Positions 18,065 through 27,612 of a stretch of DNA of 64,000 nucleotides are shown here, in pieces. A program made the position numbers and the translations under genes. Source of the DNA: an uncultured Verrucomicrobiota bacterium (GTDB lineage: Bacteria > Verrucomicrobiota > Kiritimatiellia > CAIVKH01); assembly GCA_937872895.1 (NCBI GenBank), contig CALMUP010000022.1:82874-146873 (forward strand). Reading direction: 5' to 3'. Each line of letters opens with the position of its first letter. Position 1 is the stretch's first letter. A model generated the notes under the pieces. The model was not told the origin of the DNA. It saw nothing but the letters and a program-made list of their open reading frames with translations, and ran no database searches.

Positions 18065-20104
18065 ATGAGCATGACGCAGTCGCCTGTGACCTCCACCCGC
18101 AATGTCGTGATTCTGGGCCACACCGGAAGCGGCAAAACCTCCCTGATCGATGCCATCCTGTTCCATGCCAAACAAAACGACCGGCTTGGTCTTACCGCCA
18201 ATGGAACCAGCATGGCCGACTGGACGGAAGAGGAACGCGAGCGCAAGATCTCCATTTTCGCCAAACCGTTCCATATCCGCACGACCACCAAGGAGGGGCA
18301 AACCCTTGATCTGACCCTGCTCGATACGCCGGGTTACCTTGATCTGTTTGGCCAGGCGGTGGCGGCGGCTCGCGTGGCGGATGCCGCCTTGATCGCGATT
18401 GATGCCGTGTCCGGGATCCAGGTAGGTTCGATCCGGGCCTGGCGTTTATGTGAGGCGCTCAAGCTTCCATGCGGCATCGTGATCACCGGGCTCGACAAGG
18501 AAAACGCCCGCTTCGATACGGTACTCACTGCGATACAGCAAGCCTGGGGGCGCAAGTGCGTGCCGGTAGAGTTGCCGACCCACAACCGCCAGGCCATCAT
18601 CGATATCCTGGCCGAAGGCAAGGTGCCGGATGAGTTGGCGGAGGAGGCCGAAGCCGCGATGGGTGTGCTTGAGGAGGATGCGGCGGAGGAGGACGAGGCC
18701 TTGCTCGAGAAGTATTTGAGCGGCGAGCACCTGAACCACGATGAACTCACGGCGGGCCTGCGCGTCGCGGTCAAACTGCGCCACCTGGTGCCGGTCTTCG
18801 AGACGGAAGCGCTCAAAGGGGTGGGGGTCTCCGAACTGCTTGATGAAGTGTCGCGCCTGTTTCCGTCCCCGCTCGACCGCGAGCTGCTCGATGCCGGCGG
18901 AAAGCCCGTCAAGGTTGATCCCGATGCACCCTTCTGCGGCTTGGTATGGCGTTCGGTCAACGACCCGTTCATTGGTCAATTGCAGTTTGTCCGTGTGTTT
19001 GGCGGGACCTTGCGCGCCGACTCCGAAGTGCTGAATATGGACAAGAACCAGAAGGAGCGGATCGGCCCGCTTCACCTGTTCAACGGCAAGAAGGACGAGA
19101 CGGTCGGGGTCGCCACCGCCGGCCACATAGTCGCGCTGGCCAAGTTGAAGGCCACTGGAACCAATCATACCCTCTGTGCGCCCGGGTCGGACATCCTGCT
19201 GCCGCCCATCCAGTTTCCCCAGCCGGTCATGTCCGTGGCGGTGGTGCCGAAGACCCAGGGCGATGATGACAAGATCGGTATCGGATTGCACCGGGTGGTG
19301 GAGGAGGATCCGACATTGCACCTTGAGCGCAACACCGAAACGCACGAACTGATTCTGTCGGGCATGGGCGACATCCATCTCGATATCGCGGTCAGCCGGA
19401 TGCGCAAGCGCAGCAACGTGGATGTTGACCTGCAGATTCCGAAGGTTGCCTACAAGGAGACCGTTACCGGTCGCGGCGAGGGGCACTACAAGCACAAGAA
19501 GCAATCCGGTGGACGCGGTCAATACGGCGAGGTGTACCTGAAGGTGGAAGCGCGGGATGCGGAGGATCCGGAATGGTTCGTGAACGAGGTCGTCGGCGGC
19601 GCGATTCCACGCAATTTCATACCTGCCGTGGAGAAGGGCGTGCTCGAAGGCTTGCATCGCGGTGTGCTGGCCGGGTTCCCGGTGATCAATGCCAAGGTTC
19701 GCATCACGGATGGGACCTACCATGATGTGGACTCCTCCGAGGTGGCATTCAAGATCGCCGGTTCGCGGGCGTTTTCCGATGGTGCGGTCAAGGCCCGGCC
19801 GGTTCTTCTCGAGCCGATCATGACCATGACCATCACCATTCCGGAGCAATATATGGGGGACATCACCGGGGACTTGAATCACCGGCGCGGACGCATCCTG
19901 GGCATCGACGTCAATGCCGGCATGCAGACGATCACCGCCGAAGCGCCCCAGGCGGAAATCTTCCGGTATGCCGCTGAATTGCGGAGCCTGACCCAGGGGC
20001 AAGGCGTCTTTGAGGCATCCTTCGCGCGGTATGATTCCGTTCCCGCTCAGATCGCCCAGAAGATCATTGCCTCCGCCGTCAAGCACGAGCATACCGACGA
20101 ATAG
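18065..20104 (+). CDS. Elongation factor G paralog (EF-G-like GTPase with divergent G3/G4 motifs)
   Basis: P-loop GHTGSGKTS, switch I ERKISI, G3 DTPGYLDL, and G4 position ITGLDKE. Domains II-V are clearly EF-G-like (…HLFNGKK…, GMGDIHLDI, KHKKQSGGRGQYG, …TDGTYHDVDSSE…). Confidence 0.85.
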   Translation: MSMTQSPVTSTRNVVILGHTGSGKTSLIDAILFHAKQNDRLGLTANGTSMADWTEEERERKISIFAKPFHIRTTTKEGQTLDLTLLDTPGYLDLFGQAVAAARVADAALIAIDAVSGIQVGSIRAWRLCEALKLPCGIVITGLDKENARFDTVLTAIQQAWGRKCVPVELPTHNRQAIIDILAEGKVPDELAEEAEAAMGVLEEDAAEEDEALLEKYLSGEHLNHDELTAGLRVAVKLRHLVPVFETEALKGVGVSELLDEVSRLFPSPLDRELLDAGGKPVKVDPDAPFCGLVWRSVNDPFIGQLQFVRVFGGTLRADSEVLNMDKNQKERIGPLHLFNGKKDETVGVATAGHIVALAKLKATGTNHTLCAPGSDILLPPIQFPQPVMSVAVVPKTQGDDDKIGIGLHRVVEEDPTLHLERNTETHELILSGMGDIHLDIAVSRMRKRSNVDVDLQIPKVAYKETVTGRGEGHYKHKKQSGGRGQYGEVYLKVEARDAEDPEWFVNEVVGGAIPRNFIPAVEKGVLEGLHRGVLAGFPVINAKVRITDGTYHDVDSSEVAFKIAGSRAFSDGAVKARPVLLEPIMTMTITIPEQYMGDITGDLNHRRGRILGIDVNAGMQTITAEAPQAEIFRYAAELRSLTQGQGVFEASFARYDSVPAQIAQKIIASAVKHEHTDE

Positions 20105-20235
20105 CGGTGTGCCGGGATTGCCCATCCGGACAACACACGGGAGTTGAATCCGGCGCGGACTTTGGCATAGTGGCATCTTGATCGTCGCGGTTGGAGAGCC
20201 GTGGCGCAATGGTTTCACGTACGAGGACTACCGGT

Positions 20236-20988
20236 ATGGCTGGACATAGCAAATGGGCAAACATCAAGCACCGTAAAGCGGCATCGGATGCGGTCAAGGG
20301 CAAGGTCTTCAGCAAGATCGCGAAGGAAATTACCGTGGCAGCCCGGTTGGGCGGTGGCGACCCGAACGGTAACATCACCTTGCGTTCCCTGATCACCAAG
20401 GCGCGCGGCGTGAATATGCCGAACGACAACATCGACCGTGCCATCAAGAAGGGCACCGGGGAAATTGCCGGTGATGCGATGGAGGAAGTAGTGTACGAGG
20501 GCTTTGCCGCCGGAGGCGTTTCACTGATTGTTTCCTGCCTTACCGACAACCGGAACCGTACCGCTGCGGACGTGCGCCATGTCTTCAACAAGTACGGCGG
20601 CAACCTCGGCCAGCAGGGAAGTGTATCCCGCAACTACAGCCGCAAGGGTCAGGTGTTCGTCGACGCCGCCACCATCGGGGAGGATGCGTTGATCGAGAAG
20701 GCGCTGGAGGCAGGAGCGGAGGACGTCACGCGCGAAGGCGGAACGTTCGAGATCATCACCGATTTCAGCAACTTCCACCAGGTCGTCGAAAACCTCGGCA
20801 AGGCCGGGGTCAAGGTGGGCGATAACGAACTCACGATGATCCCGTCGCTCGAGGTGAAGGTTACCGACAAGGACCAGGCGGCCGCGCTGCTTAAATTCGT
20901 CAGTGCCCTCGAGGACCTTGACGATGTGCAGAACGTGTACAGCAACTTCGATATCGAGGAGTCGATCCTCGAGGCCGTTTCGAATTGA
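20236..20988 (+). CDS. yebC: YebC/PmpR-family DNA-binding regulator
   Basis: MAGHSKWANIKHRKAASDAVKGKVFSKIAKEI. Confidence 0.9.
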   Translation: MAGHSKWANIKHRKAASDAVKGKVFSKIAKEITVAARLGGGDPNGNITLRSLITKARGVNMPNDNIDRAIKKGTGEIAGDAMEEVVYEGFAAGGVSLIVSCLTDNRNRTAADVRHVFNKYGGNLGQQGSVSRNYSRKGQVFVDAATIGEDALIEKALEAGAEDVTREGGTFEIITDFSNFHQVVENLGKAGVKVGDNELTMIPSLEVKVTDKDQAAALLKFVSALEDLDDVQNVYSNFDIEESILEAVSN

Positions 20989-20990
20989 GC

Positions 20991-21518
20991 ATGAAGGCTG
21001 CGCCGGAGGTCGGGGCGATGGCCCGGGTGCTCGGCGTGGATACGTCCCTCCGATCCTCCGGGGTGGGTGTCGTTGAGGGACCGGTCGCTACTCCGGGATT
21101 CCTCACCTGCGGGACCATCCGGAATGCCGCAGGCCTTTCCGTGAGCGAATGCCTCCGCAGGATCGATGCCGCCATCACCGAACTGATCGAGGAACACCGA
21201 CCCGACTCGGTCGCCATCGAGGGCATCTTCTTTGCCCGTAACGCCCGCACGGCGATGATTCTCGGTCAGGCCCGCGGGGTGGTGATCGCGGCATCAGCCC
21301 GGGCCGGTGTTCCCGTTTTCCAGTATGCACCGCGCGACATCAAGGCCGCGCTCTCCGGGTTCGGCGCCGCTTCCAAGGACCAGATCGGACGCATGGTCAC
21401 CGCCTTGTTGAAGCTGAAGCAGGTGCCACAAGAGGATGCTGCCGACGCCCTGGCCATTGCGCTGTGCCACCTCCACCGGTCATCCGGACTGCGCGCAGTC
21501 CCCCCCGAGCCGATCTGA
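20991..21518 (+). CDS. ruvC: Crossover junction endodeoxyribonuclease RuvC
   Basis: VLGVDTSLRSSGVGVV, SVAIEGIFFARNARTAMILGQARGV, and DAADALAIALCHL. Alternative starts are TTG 20985 and ATG 21018. Confidence 0.85.
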   Translation: MKAAPEVGAMARVLGVDTSLRSSGVGVVEGPVATPGFLTCGTIRNAAGLSVSECLRRIDAAITELIEEHRPDSVAIEGIFFARNARTAMILGQARGVVIAASARAGVPVFQYAPRDIKAALSGFGAASKDQIGRMVTALLKLKQVPQEDAADALAIALCHLHRSSGLRAVPPEPI

Positions 21519-21584
21519 GAACTACCCGACGTTTCCTTCCGCATCGGGATTGACTATCCCACTACGCGGTGCTAGTGAAATTAC

Positions 21585-22340
21585 ATGATACGGAACGTCC
21601 GATACGCACTATTTGCACGCTCGATTGTAGCGCTCTTTGCGCTGGCCCTGGTCGCCGGTTGCGGCGGGCAGGATCGTGACCCGAATATCAAGCGCGCCCG
21701 TGAACGACGGGCTGTCGGCGACTACCCGGGCGCCCTCGAGTGGTACCAGCGGGCTCTTGACAAGAAACCCGGGGTGGCCCGGGTCCATTGGGACATGGCC
21801 CAGATCTACGACCAGCACCTGACCAACGAGCTTCGGGCCATTTACCATTATGAGCGGTACCTCGAGCTCGACCCCAAAGCGGAACGCCGTCAACTGGTCG
21901 AGCAGTCGATCGGGTTGGCCAAGCTGTCGTATGCCGTCTCCCTGCCGGATCGGCCTTCCGAGGCCGTCCAGGAAATCGCCCGTCTGCGCCGCGAAATCGA
22001 CTCGCTGCGCGCCCTGCTGACCGAGGCGCGCGATGAAATGGCCCGGCTCTCCGCCGCGCAGGTCGCCCGGTCGGCCGTACCAGCGCCGGGCGCTGCCACG
22101 CCGGCGGCAGTTGGCGTTTCCCCGACGACGCCTGTTGCCATTGAACCGCTCAAGCCGGCACCGCCCCAACCGACCCGGTTTGACACCTATATTGTCCAGC
22201 CGGGCGATACGATGAGCAAGATCGCGAAGAAGATGTACAACGATGCGAACAAGTGGGAGTTGATTTTCCAGGCCAACAAGGCCTCGTTGCGACGCCCGCA
22301 GGATATCAAGGTCGGTCAAACGCTGATGATCCCGCGTTGA
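21585..22340 (+). CDS. Lipoprotein with TPR, coiled-coil, Pro/Ala linker and C-terminal LysM domain
   Basis: Lipobox LALVAGCGG, TPR-like GALEWYQRALDKKP, and LysM YIVQPGDTMSKIAKKMYNDANKWELIFQANK…VGQTLMIP. Confidence 0.7.
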   Translation: MIRNVRYALFARSIVALFALALVAGCGGQDRDPNIKRARERRAVGDYPGALEWYQRALDKKPGVARVHWDMAQIYDQHLTNELRAIYHYERYLELDPKAERRQLVEQSIGLAKLSYAVSLPDRPSEAVQEIARLRREIDSLRALLTEARDEMARLSAAQVARSAVPAPGAATPAAVGVSPTTPVAIEPLKPAPPQPTRFDTYIVQPGDTMSKIAKKMYNDANKWELIFQANKASLRRPQDIKVGQTLMIPR

Positions 22341-22355
22341 CCGCAAGGAGACACC

Positions 22356-23108
22356 ATGGCAGGCAGTGATTTTTTCGATGATGACTTGATCCGGCAGCGC
22401 GACCGTGCCAACCGTATCAAGATGGGGCCTGGAGATGAGCCGGCCGCCGCGCGCGAGGCCGCTGCGGATGAGCCGGGCGGACGCCAGGTTTCCGATCTGA
22501 ACCTGACCCGGATGGCCCGTCACAAGCAGGAAGTGGACAGCCAGACCACCCGCGCCATGCAGGAGCTGGAGCTGCTGCGCAAACGCCAGGAGCAACTGGA
22601 ATCGGAGAAGCGCGAACTCGAGGAATTCAAGCGCAAGAGCGAGGAGTTTGAACGCGGACGGCGTGATGTGATCGCCAACATCCGGCGCAGCCTCTCGTCG
22701 ATCGAGCGCGACGAACTGGAAACCCAGCGCCTGCTCGAGTTGCTGCAGGGAACCCAGACCCGGTTCAAATCTTTGCTGGTCAATGTCGAGGACATCAAGG
22801 AGCAGTCCTGGTCCGAGGAGAACATCCGCGTGGAGTTGACCCGTGCGCTGGGCATGATCGAGGATGCCCGCATGGAGTACAACCGCTCGGTCGCGAAGAT
22901 CGAGGCGGTCAAGTCGGAACGCAGCGGGGCTCCCGCTTCCACAGCGCCCACCCCGGTGCTGTTCGATGACACCTCGTCCACGTACGATCACGACAAATCG
23001 TTCAGCCACTGGCTGAAGATCGGTGCGGCATTTTCCCTCCCCTTGATCATCACCCTCGTCGTGCTGGGTGTGGTGTACATGGGATTGCTCATGTCCGGCG
23101 CCTGGTAA
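22356..23108 (+). CDS. Hypothetical tail-anchored coiled-coil protein
   Basis: Charged heptad-rich region (ELELLRKRQEQLESEKRELEEFKRKSEEFE). The single TM is at the extreme C-terminus (IGAAFSLPLIITLVVLGVVYMGLL). The gap to the upstream gene is 15 nt. Confidence 0.55.
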   Translation: MAGSDFFDDDLIRQRDRANRIKMGPGDEPAAAREAAADEPGGRQVSDLNLTRMARHKQEVDSQTTRAMQELELLRKRQEQLESEKRELEEFKRKSEEFERGRRDVIANIRRSLSSIERDELETQRLLELLQGTQTRFKSLLVNVEDIKEQSWSEENIRVELTRALGMIEDARMEYNRSVAKIEAVKSERSGAPASTAPTPVLFDDTSSTYDHDKSFSHWLKIGAAFSLPLIITLVVLGVVYMGLLMSGAW

Positions 23109-23121
23109 GGACGGGATCACC

Positions 23122-23595
23122 ATGGGTTGGCTACGTGAAGAAACTGCCTACGAGCGCCGGATGCGCGAGCTGGACGAGGAGGCTGAACGCATCCGCAAGA
23201 ACATGCAGATGCTGATGAAGCAAACAACGCGTGATCCGGTGGCCCGTCCGGTGGCATCAACCGGCTTGCGCAAACGTTCCTCGGTGACACCCTCGCAGCG
23301 TGTGAGCGCGGAGACCTGGTCGGAAACCGGGGATGATGCCCTGGACCAACCTGTTGATCCGTCCATCGAGGGGATGGGTCCTGCGGCGACCGATCCCGGC
23401 GATCGCAGCCTCGGCTTCGGCGGCGTGGCGAGTTCATCACCCAAGCCGGAAAAACTCGCGAATTACCTCGCCAGCGGGAGTTTCGGCAAAGCCGGATCCC
23501 TGAGCCGCGAACGCAAGATCCTGCGCAACAAAGCGATTTTCATGGCTGTGGTGGCTGCACTGGCCCTGTTCAGCCTGTTTACCTGGTGGCCGTGA
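23122..23595 (+). CDS. Hypothetical small tail-anchored protein
   Basis: Short N-terminal coiled coil (ERRMRELDEEAERIRKNMQML), a disordered middle, and a C-terminal TM (AIFMAVVAALALFSLFTWW). The gap is 13 nt upstream and 4 nt to ogt. Confidence 0.5.
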   Translation: MGWLREETAYERRMRELDEEAERIRKNMQMLMKQTTRDPVARPVASTGLRKRSSVTPSQRVSAETWSETGDDALDQPVDPSIEGMGPAATDPGDRSLGFGGVASSSPKPEKLANYLASGSFGKAGSLSRERKILRNKAIFMAVVAALALFSLFTWWP

Positions 23596-23599
23596 GTTC

Positions 23600-24127
23600 A
23601 TGGCGACCTCCATGTCCAGTATGACCCTCGTGACTTCCTGGGGGCAGATCACGGTTTCCTTTGCCGAGGGTTGTGTGTCGGCGTGTGACCTGCCTGCCCT
23701 GAAACAGCCGATGAAAACATTGAGCCTCGGACGTGCGGATGTTAGACGCGTCGCCCCCGCCGATCGCCACGCCGCACGTTTGTCGGAACACTATCTGCGC
23801 GGTCTCTTCACGGGTCAACCTTCGGAACGCCCACCGGTAAAACAACCGCCGGGAACGGCCCTGCAACAGGCGGTTTGGGCGGCCTTGCTGGGCATACCGC
23901 GTGGCCGGGTGGAAACCTATGGCTCCTTGGCGCGACGCATTGGCCGTCCTCGCGCCGCCCGGGCCATCGGGCAAGCCTGCGGGGCGAACCCGGTGCCGTT
24001 GTTCATACCCTGCCATCGGGTGATTGCCGCGAACGGATCGCTCGGAGGATTTTCCAGTGGACTGGCCTGGAAGGAGTATTTGCTGGATGTCGAAGCCATC
24101 CCCGTCGCTGGTGAGGTGCGGCCATGA
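23600..24127 (+). CDS. ogt: Methylated-DNA--protein-cysteine methyltransferase
   Basis: Active-site IPCHRVI, YGSLARRIGRPRAARAIGQACGANP. Confidence 0.8.
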   Translation: MATSMSSMTLVTSWGQITVSFAEGCVSACDLPALKQPMKTLSLGRADVRRVAPADRHAARLSEHYLRGLFTGQPSERPPVKQPPGTALQQAVWAALLGIPRGRVETYGSLARRIGRPRAARAIGQACGANPVPLFIPCHRVIAANGSLGGFSSGLAWKEYLLDVEAIPVAGEVRP

Positions 24128-25215
24128 CCCGAATCGCGGTTGCCTGCGGCGGAACCGGCGGCCACATCTTTCCGGGTCTGGCCACGGCGAATGAGCTGAT
24201 CCGTCGGGGCCATGATGTGACCTTGTGGCTGGCCGGAAAGGATGTCGAAAACGCCGCCGTGCGCGGTTGGTCCGGCGCAGTGGTCACCGTACCGGCCCAG
24301 GGCTTTCCCAGCGGTTTCTCCCTGGCTGCCGCCCAGGCGGCCTACCGGTTGTTCCGTGCCGTGGGTCAGGTCGCGGCCGACATGCGGAAAAATCCACCGG
24401 ATGTCGTCCTCGCCATGGGAAGTTACGCCTCGGTGGGACCGGTCGGCGCGGCGATCCGACTGGGCATCCCGTTTGTGATGCACGAATCGAATGTGATTCC
24501 CGGTCGCGCCGTGCGCTTGTTTGCACGGTGGGCCTCGATGGTCGGTGGTTGTTTCGATGAAACCCGTTTCTACCTGCGCAACCGGCCGTTCGTCGTTACC
24601 GGCATGCCTCTCCGGCAAGACCTGCTGGCGGCGTCCCAACAACCCCGCACTACCGCTGACCGTGTACGGTTGCTGGTCATGGGTGGAAGCCGCGGCGCGA
24701 AACGGGTGAACGAACTGGTCTCCGAAACCCTGGTTGCCCTGCATGTCGGTGGCCTGACTCTGGATGTCGTCCACCTTACGGGTGAACAGGACCTCGAACG
24801 TATCCGCGCCGTGTATGCCGATGCTGGCATGCCGGCAAATGTCCAGGCCTTCACCCAGTCGATCGGGGCCTTGTATGCCCGGACGGATTTCGCCATCTGC
24901 CGGGCCGGTGCCGCGACCTGCGCGGAGTTGTCCCTGTTCGGAATTCCGTCCTTGTTGATTCCCTATCCGCACGCCATCCACGACCACCAGACGTTCAACG
25001 CCCGGGCCATGGAGAAGATCGGTGCCGCCGACATGGTGCCGGAATCGGATGTCACCAGTGACTGGCTTCGTTCATACATCAGCCAGATGATCCGCCAAGC
25101 CGACCGCCGTGCTCAGATGGCGGTTAATGCCCGTTCCAGGGCCAGTGGCGACGGTGCGGCCCGGCTGGCCGATGTGGTTGAACAAACCGCCACCATGCGC
25201 CGCCATGCATCCTGA
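24124..25215 (+). CDS. murG: UDP-GlcNAc:lipid I N-acetylglucosaminyltransferase MurG
   Basis: IAVACGGTGGHIFPGLA and C-terminal GT-B half. ATGA overlap with ogt. Confidence 0.9.
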   Translation: MTRIAVACGGTGGHIFPGLATANELIRRGHDVTLWLAGKDVENAAVRGWSGAVVTVPAQGFPSGFSLAAAQAAYRLFRAVGQVAADMRKNPPDVVLAMGSYASVGPVGAAIRLGIPFVMHESNVIPGRAVRLFARWASMVGGCFDETRFYLRNRPFVVTGMPLRQDLLAASQQPRTTADRVRLLVMGGSRGAKRVNELVSETLVALHVGGLTLDVVHLTGEQDLERIRAVYADAGMPANVQAFTQSIGALYARTDFAICRAGAATCAELSLFGIPSLLIPYPHAIHDHQTFNARAMEKIGAADMVPESDVTSDWLRSYISQMIRQADRRAQMAVNARSRASGDGAARLADVVEQTATMRRHAS

Positions 25216-26647
25216 TCACCGCCAACGCAGCGAACAGACGGCGTTGACCGTGTTTTCCCGTGCACCCGAATCAGGTGCGCGTATCCACATGCTCGGAATC
25301 GGCGGAGTCGGAATGGCCGGATTGGCGCTGTTGATCAAGTCGCTCGGGTGGCAGGTGGATGGATGCGATGCCTCGACCGGCCCGCTGCTTTCCTGGTTGA
25401 ACGCGCAGGGCATCGCCACGAAGGTCGGGCACGCGCCTGCTCATCTCAACGAACGTCCGGTGGCTATCGTGCGCAGCCCGGCGGTGGCATGGACCGACCC
25501 CGAACTGGTTGCCGCCCTGGAACAGCAGATCCCGGTGATCGACCGCGGCCGCTTGCTGCCGGCCCTGTTGGGTGCGCGATCCACGGTGGCGGTCGCCGGA
25601 ACGCATGGCAAAACCACGACCGCGAGCATGATTGCCTGGTGCCTGGCCCGTGCAGGTCATCCGGTATCCTATTGCATCGGCGGGGTGTGCCCCGGCCTTG
25701 ACGCTGTGGCCCGGATCGAACCCGAAGGATGGGTGGTTGTCGAGGCGGATGAAAGCGACGGGACCCTGCGGCATTATCATCCGAAGGTGGGCGTGGTCAC
25801 CGCGCTGGATCTGGATCATGTGGACTACTATGCCGACGAGTCGGCCCTTCATTCGGTCTATCATACCTTTGTCAGGCAATCAGACCTGGCCATTGTCCCG
25901 GCGGGATCCTGCGGCGAATCCGGTTGGCCCGGCACGCGCGTCATCACCTTTGGTGAAGCGACGGCAAGCGTTCAAGCTGCGCATTGCCGGCTCGATGCCG
26001 GCGGATCGGATCTGGAGGTGGCCATCGAAGGCGGAGCGATCATTCCGGTTCGCCTCGGTGTTCCCGGTCGTCACAACATCCTCAATGCCCTGGCGGCCTG
26101 GGCGGCATTGCGCGCCTGCGGACTGCCGGCGCAGGACATCGCGGCGGGGCTTTCGACCTTCCGGTTGCCTCGTCGTAGGTTCGAGACGGTGATCGATGCG
26201 GCAGGCATCCGGATCATCTCCGACTATGCGCATCATCCGGTCGAGATCAAGGCGCTGATCGACCAGGCGAAACTGCTCGCGCCTCGCCGCCTCATCGCCG
26301 TATTCCAACCTCACCGCTACAGCCGCACACGGGCCTTTTCCTCGGCGTTCATCAATGTCCTCGCCGAATTGGACCTGGTCGTGCTGGCCCCGGTGTACAG
26401 TGCCTCCGAACCTTTCATCGAGGGCGGGACCAGCGCCGATGTGCATGCCGAAGCGGTGCGGCGCGGCTGCACCCGCATACACCTGGCGGACTCGCTGGAT
26501 GAAGCCTGGATACGTCTCCGGCGCGCCATGCAGCCGGGCGACCTGGTCCTGATCATCGGGGCCGGCGATGTGGATCGGATCGGTCCATGGGCGGCGAACC
26601 ACGTCCTGTCATGCGCAACAACGATCAACAAGGAAACCAACGTATGA
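25205..26647 (+). CDS. murC: UDP-N-acetylmuramate--L-alanine ligase
   Basis: IHMLGIGGVGMAGLA, GTHGKTTT, and Mur ligase C-terminal domain. Confidence 0.9.
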   Translation: MHPDHRQRSEQTALTVFSRAPESGARIHMLGIGGVGMAGLALLIKSLGWQVDGCDASTGPLLSWLNAQGIATKVGHAPAHLNERPVAIVRSPAVAWTDPELVAALEQQIPVIDRGRLLPALLGARSTVAVAGTHGKTTTASMIAWCLARAGHPVSYCIGGVCPGLDAVARIEPEGWVVVEADESDGTLRHYHPKVGVVTALDLDHVDYYADESALHSVYHTFVRQSDLAIVPAGSCGESGWPGTRVITFGEATASVQAAHCRLDAGGSDLEVAIEGGAIIPVRLGVPGRHNILNALAAWAALRACGLPAQDIAAGLSTFRLPRRRFETVIDAAGIRIISDYAHHPVEIKALIDQAKLLAPRRLIAVFQPHRYSRTRAFSSAFINVLAELDLVVLAPVYSASEPFIEGGTSADVHAEAVRRGCTRIHLADSLDEAWIRLRRAMQPGDLVLIIGAGDVDRIGPWAANHVLSCATTINKETNV

Positions 26648-27525
26648 AGCACATCGCTGTCTTGATGGGCGGGATCTCCGCAGAACGGGAAATCTCACTT
26701 TCTTCCGGGCGGGCTATCGCCGACGCATTGGCGAGCAAGGGCTACCGGGTGACCCCGGTGGATGTGCAACGTGAAGACTTTCCGATTCCGACAGCACTTG
26801 ATGCCGCCTTCATCGCCCTGCACGGGACCTACGGCGAGGACGGAGGCGTGCAGCAATACCTCGCCGCCAACGGGATCCGTTTCACCGGCTCGGATGCCGC
26901 GTCCAGCCGGGCCGCATTCGACAAGATCGCGAGCAAGCGGTGTTTTGAGCAATACGGTGTCAATACAGCCCGGTATGAAGTCCTGCGACGCGGACAACCG
27001 CGCACGTTACCGCTTCCGGTGGTGGTAAAACCGCCCCGGCAGGGATCCAGCATCGGCCTTGCCAAGGTCATGGAAGAAGGAGCATGGGCGACGGCCATGG
27101 AAAACGCCCTGGTACACGACGAGGAGGTGTTGGTCGAAGCCTTCATCCCGGGACGTGAACTGACCGTGGGCATCGTAGGCGACGAAGTATTGCCGATTGT
27201 CGAAATCCGGGCACCGGACGGATACTACGATTACCGCGCCAAATATACCAAGGGGGCGACGGAGTACCTATGCCCGGCGCCGATCGATGAAACGTCGACG
27301 CGCCTCGTCCAGGCGATTGCCTGGAAAACCTTCGAGGCGCTGAAAGCCAGCGGACTCGGGCGTGTCGACGTCCGCCTGACCGATGACGGCGAACCCTTCG
27401 TGCTGGAGCTCAACAGTATTCCCGGCTTCACCGAAACCAGCTTGTTGCCCAAGGCCGCGAAGGCGGTGGGCATCAGTTTTGCCGACCTCTGCGACAAGAT
27501 CATCCGGCAGGCTCTTGCACCGTAA
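26644..27525 (+). CDS. ddl: D-alanine--D-alanine ligase
   Basis: MKHIAVLMGGISAEREISLSSG, ATP-grasp core, ELNSIPGFT. ATGA overlap with murC. Confidence 0.9.
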   Translation: MKHIAVLMGGISAEREISLSSGRAIADALASKGYRVTPVDVQREDFPIPTALDAAFIALHGTYGEDGGVQQYLAANGIRFTGSDAASSRAAFDKIASKRCFEQYGVNTARYEVLRRGQPRTLPLPVVVKPPRQGSSIGLAKVMEEGAWATAMENALVHDEEVLVEAFIPGRELTVGIVGDEVLPIVEIRAPDGYYDYRAKYTKGATEYLCPAPIDETSTRLVQAIAWKTFEALKASGLGRVDVRLTDDGEPFVLELNSIPGFTETSLLPKAAKAVGISFADLCDKIIRQALAP

Positions 27526-27612
27526 TTTTTTTTCGCGTCTTCGTTGCGCCATGGCCGGGATCGTGCTACACATCGGCTCACTGATGGTGTGGTTGGAATC
27601 GGGGTCAAACGC

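Noticed and set aside
18446-20218. 590-aa minus-strand ORF
   Set aside because: Antisense shadow of the EF-G paralog, with no recognisable motifs.
21550-21578. TTGACT-17-TAGTGA as promoter of the dcw-linked operon
   Set aside because: The -10 hexamer is poor, and it would end only 7 nt before the ATG, requiring a leaderless mRNA. This is too speculative to list as a feature.
21609-23123. 504-aa minus-strand ORF
   Set aside because: Antisense to three plus-strand genes, one of which carries a clear LysM domain. It is a shadow ORF.
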